This document shows, piece by piece, positions 60,881-64,000 of a stretch of DNA of 64,000 nt; position 1 is the first letter of the stretch, and every line of letters begins with the position of its first letter. The notes under the pieces were generated by a model. The model was not told the origin of the DNA, did no database searches, and was given only the letters and a program-made list of their open reading frames with translations. Location: the NCBI GenBank assembly GCA_965216565.1, contig OZ244170.1, forward strand, positions 4,704,001 through 4,768,000, read 5' to 3'. The DNA is from Bythopirellula sp. Lineage in GTDB: Bacteria; Planctomycetota; Planctomycetia; Pirellulales; Lacipirellulaceae. A program made the translations under genes and the position numbers.

Positions 60881-61240
60881 CGAATCGAGAATTCCCCCGA
60901 GAAATCACTGTCCTACTGCATCCGTATCCAAGTGTCCTCTGTCCTATGAACTTCCCTAGTTACGCAGGTTCAATAATCGTTGTGTTGACTACGTCTGTCA
61001 TAGGTTTTGGCGAGAGGTTTAGCCATCGTTGACAGGCACCCACAGCGGGATACGATGAAGAGTTGGCCAAATATGGCTTTGGCCCGCAATAGATAGTGCT
61101 TTTCGGAATCATGGCCCTGGTCAGGGAACAATTGCCTCCGCGATCGACCTTTCGGTTTCGAGGTAGATAAATCGTGACCCTATATAATTCATTTCGGCTC
61201 TGCAGCTAATTCATATTTTAATTTTGGTGAGCTTTCCAGC

Positions 61241-64000
61241 ATGCAACAATATCGGATCAATTACAAACTCTTGCTGGGCCTGTTCGTAGGTAGCATCGTC
61301 CTGACGATTTCGTTGTTTCTCATTTGGAAATGGCAAATCAGCCGCAAGGCAACCTGGTATCGAGATACTGCCATGGTGGCCTTGGAGGAAGATGACCTGC
61401 TCAAGGCGTTCGAGTACATGCAAAAGTTTGTGCAGCTCAGAAGAGAAGACGAAGAAGCCCGCGTGGAGCTTGCCGCCATTGCCTACGATGTCGTGCAACT
61501 CGAAGGTGTGCCTCGCGAAGAACAAGGTATGGCCTTTGGCGTCCTCAGCGATACCGTCCGGCGTACCAGCGACCCCCAGTCTCGTCGCAATCTGGCCGAC
61601 CTCTATTTTAAGAGCGGGCAAGCTCAACAGGCACTTGTGCATTACGAAGAGTTGGTGAAAACCGACGACGATCCCGAATTGAAAGGGCTGCTCGTCCGAT
61701 GCTTGTTCTTGGCCAAGGACTATGAGTCGGCAATGACCGAGGCTTATAGTTTGATTGGTTTCGATCCGGAAACTGAGGAGTTCGATGACGAAAAGGCAAC
61801 CGTCACCGACCAGCCCGAAATCTATTTCACCCTCGCATCCGTTCTGTTGGGGCGAGAAGACGAACCTGAACTTGCCAGGCAAGTCATTGAGAAGATGATT
61901 GCCAACAACCCAGACTCAGCTATTGCACATCTTCGGAAGTCGATGTTCCTGTTCGGGGTCGATGAAAAAGAAGAGGCGAAAGAAGAGTTAGAGAAGGCCT
62001 ATCAGCTAGACCCAGATAATTCAGACATTATTTATCAACGCGCAACTGTTGCCGTTTCGGAAAAAGAATACGAAGAGTCGGTCGCTATTGCAGAAGACGC
62101 TATCAAGAGATTTCCCAAGGAGATGCGGTTTTACAAACTTCAGTCTTCGACTTACCGCGTACTCGAAAAATTCGACGAAGCCATCGAAGTTCTCGACAAG
62201 GGCCTGAAAGAGTTTGGCAATAATCGCGCAATCGATCTTTTGGTCAGTAAGCATGAGGTACTCCTCACCAGTGGGGACTTCAAAGCCGCGCGAGGCGTGA
62301 TAGACGAGATTGAAGGGCTCCGAATGCCACAGCTACAGCCCCTCATCGATTTCCAAAAGGCCCAAATTACGTTTGCGAACAGCGATTGGGCGGGAGCCGC
62401 TCGTGAGCTGCGCAAAGTTCGTCCCAAGCTGGTTGGTTTTGGCTCCTACCAAGCACGAGCCGGCCTGTTGCTAGGTACAGCCTACGAGAAGTTAGGCAAG
62501 CCAGACTTGGCACGTGAAGTCTATGGCATTGTTCTAGAAGACGAAACGATTGCAACGCATCCGTTGAGAAACAACGTGCAGGCACGTCTCGAACGCATTG
62601 ATAAGAAGCTCGGGATTAGCCGAGGCTCAGATACTGGTGGGTTGGATTCGGTAGTTCAGAAGATGCTGGAACAGCCGGAAACACTCCAAGACTGGGACAG
62701 GGTGGAAGAACTCATCGAAGAGGTCGTTGAAAAGAATGAACTTTCCGAGGTGCGAGAGCTGCTGATGCGATCGCGGGTTATGGCGTTGAGGGAAAAATTT
62801 GATGAAGCCAAGAAGCTTATTCAGCAAGCTGCCAAGCTCGATCCCGAGGACATGTCAATTCGACTCGAGGCAGCCAGACTGCTGGTGAACGATCCACCAG
62901 ATGGTCCTCCCAAGGCAGTCAAGTTGCTGCAGAAAATTGAAGACCGATCTGAGATCTCGTACATGTCCCGAGGATTGTTGATCGAGGCGATTTGGGCCTC
63001 CAGGCCGGAGGATCTAAAAGAGCAATTGCTCGAACAAACTCAAGGAATCGAGGACTTAGCTAAATTCGAGCAAGTTAAGGTTCTCAAGCTGCTGGGTAGC
63101 AAATTCTTGCAGCTCGCAGACTTTGATCAAGCATCGACCTTTTTTCTGCAGGCAGTGGAACTAGAACCGAATGACTTGCCTTTGCGGATGCAGTTGTTTG
63201 ATATTGCCTACCAGCAGAAGGATGACGATGCGATGCGTCTCGCTCAGAAGGGCATTCTAGACGTGTTAGGTACTAAGGAAGATGGCAACTACATCCTAAC
63301 CGAAGTCAAAAGACGGCTCATCAATTTTAAGGGCAAAGAATCGCAACGCAAGGAACTTGAGGAAGGCGTGGCGATGCTCGACGAGGCACTGAAGCTACGT
63401 CCCCAATGGCACGAGCTTCACATTCTTTACGGGCAATTGTTATTAACCCTCCGCAGGGATGTTGAGCTAGCGCTCGATCATTTCGACGACGCGTTGAAAT
63501 ACGGGCCTCCCAATCCGCGGGCAGTTGCTCTCCAGGTTAAGCTGCTTTTCGAAAGTGGCCTTAGCAAGCAAGCGTATGAGCGAGTCAGGCTAATTCCCGA
63601 AAGCATTCGTACTCAGTTGCTAGGCCCCACAGAAGCCGATCTCTTGCTAGCCCGAGGCGAGAATGAAGCCGCGTTTGAAAGCGCTAAGAGCACTGCGGAA
63701 GCGAATCAGGGCGACGCAAAAATTCAAGCTTGGTTTGGGACGATCGCTTCCAGTATGGAGGAGCTCGACGCAGCAACCGAAGCGTACGAACGAGCGGTGG
63801 AGCTGAATCCCAAGGCGCACGATTACTGGATGAAGCTGATTGCGGTGCACGCTGCCCGCAAGGATGCCGCCAGCTTGGAACAATCATTCCGAGATGCTCA
63901 ATTGGCACTTGATGCTGAACTCTTGCCACTCGTCCAGGCAAAAGTCTACGAGGTTCAAGGACTGTGGAAGAGTGCGGAAGGCATCTACAAAACGATGTTC
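61241..64000 (+). CDS. Large membrane-anchored TPR protein, truncated by the window end (absent from the ORF track)
   Basis: Starts MQQYRINYKLLLGLFVGSIVLTISLFLIWKWQ; repeated TPR-like helices (KAYQLDPDN, QAAKLDPED, RAVELNPK); the same frame is open at the last codons (LWKSAEGIYKTMF); I spot-checked rather than read every codon. Confidence 0.85.
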   Translation, partial: MQQYRINYKLLLGLFVGSIVLTISLFLIWKWQISRKATWYRDTAMVALEEDDLLKAFEYMQKFVQLRREDEEARVELAAIAYDVVQLEGVPREEQGMAFGVLSDTVRRTSDPQSRRNLADLYFKSGQAQQALVHYEELVKTDDDPELKGLLVRCLFLAKDYESAMTEAYSLIGFDPETEEFDDEKATVTDQPEIYFTLASVLLGREDEPELARQVIEKMIANNPDSAIAHLRKSMFLFGVDEKEEAKEELEKAYQLDPDNSDIIYQRATVAVSEKEYEESVAIAEDAIKRFPKEMRFYKLQSSTYRVLEKFDEAIEVLDKGLKEFGNNRAIDLLVSKHEVLLTSGDFKAARGVIDEIEGLRMPQLQPLIDFQKAQITFANSDWAGAARELRKVRPKLVGFGSYQARAGLLLGTAYEKLGKPDLAREVYGIVLEDETIATHPLRNNVQARLERIDKKLGISRGSDTGGLDSVVQKMLEQPETLQDWDRVEELIEEVVEKNELSEVRELLMRSRVMALREKFDEAKKLIQQAAKLDPEDMSIRLEAARLLVNDPPDGPPKAVKLLQKIEDRSEISYMSRGLLIEAIWASRPEDLKEQLLEQTQGIEDLAKFEQVKVLKLLGSKFLQLADFDQASTFFLQAVELEPNDLPLRMQLFDIAYQQKDDDAMRLAQKGILDVLGTKEDGNYILTEVKRRLINFKGKESQRKELEEGVAMLDEALKLRPQWHELHILYGQLLLTLRRDVELALDHFDDALKYGPPNPRAVALQVKLLFESGLSKQAYERVRLIPESIRTQLLGPTEADLLLARGENEAAFESAKSTAEANQGDAKIQAWFGTIASSMEELDAATEAYERAVELNPKAHDYWMKLIAVHAARKDAASLEQSFRDAQLALDAELLPLVQAKVYEVQGLWKSAEGIYKTMF

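Noticed and set aside
61211..63941. Minus-strand and short ORFs listed in the track
   Set aside because: Shadows of the long + strand TPR gene, which the track omits because it has no stop inside the window

Overview
Chromosomal, mostly housekeeping window from a Planctomycetota bacterium, probably Pirellulales/Lacipirellulaceae-like. That placement is inferred from two DUF1559 prepilin-type proteins, a DUF1570 protein, the PVC 'small basic protein', the fae-mtd H4MPT genes and a dockerin-like/PEP-CTERM protein. Recognisable genes are fae, mtd, gltA, a 4-gene glycosylation cluster (GT4, methyltransferase-like, GT11, GT2), mfd, a PpiC-type PPIase, ilvB, ald, an AbrB-Doc toxin-antitoxin pair, an IpdC-like decarboxylase, tandem glnII + glnA, a Ser/Thr kinase, alkaline phosphatase, a CPA2-EIIA fusion, tmRNA, PIN/TRAM-dgt-HIT, purE/purK, a MacAB-like ABC exporter, gmd/fcl, a TIGR03790-like protein and a large TPR protein running off the right end. 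I saw no CRISPR array, integrase or transposase. The most unusual element is a secreted 162-aa protein built of seven 18-aa H-C-x-x-C + polyacidic repeats, whose six full DNA copies differ only at synonymous sites (49718-50206). Other leads are a His-rich lipoprotein coupled to a DUF1559 gene, a 53-aa ORF missing from the ORF track and coupled to a nucleotidyltransferase, C-terminal -AA degron-like tails on clustered glycosyltransferases, and several families of intergenic palindromic repeats including a nested element. All family assignments are from motif recognition by eye; no database searches were run.
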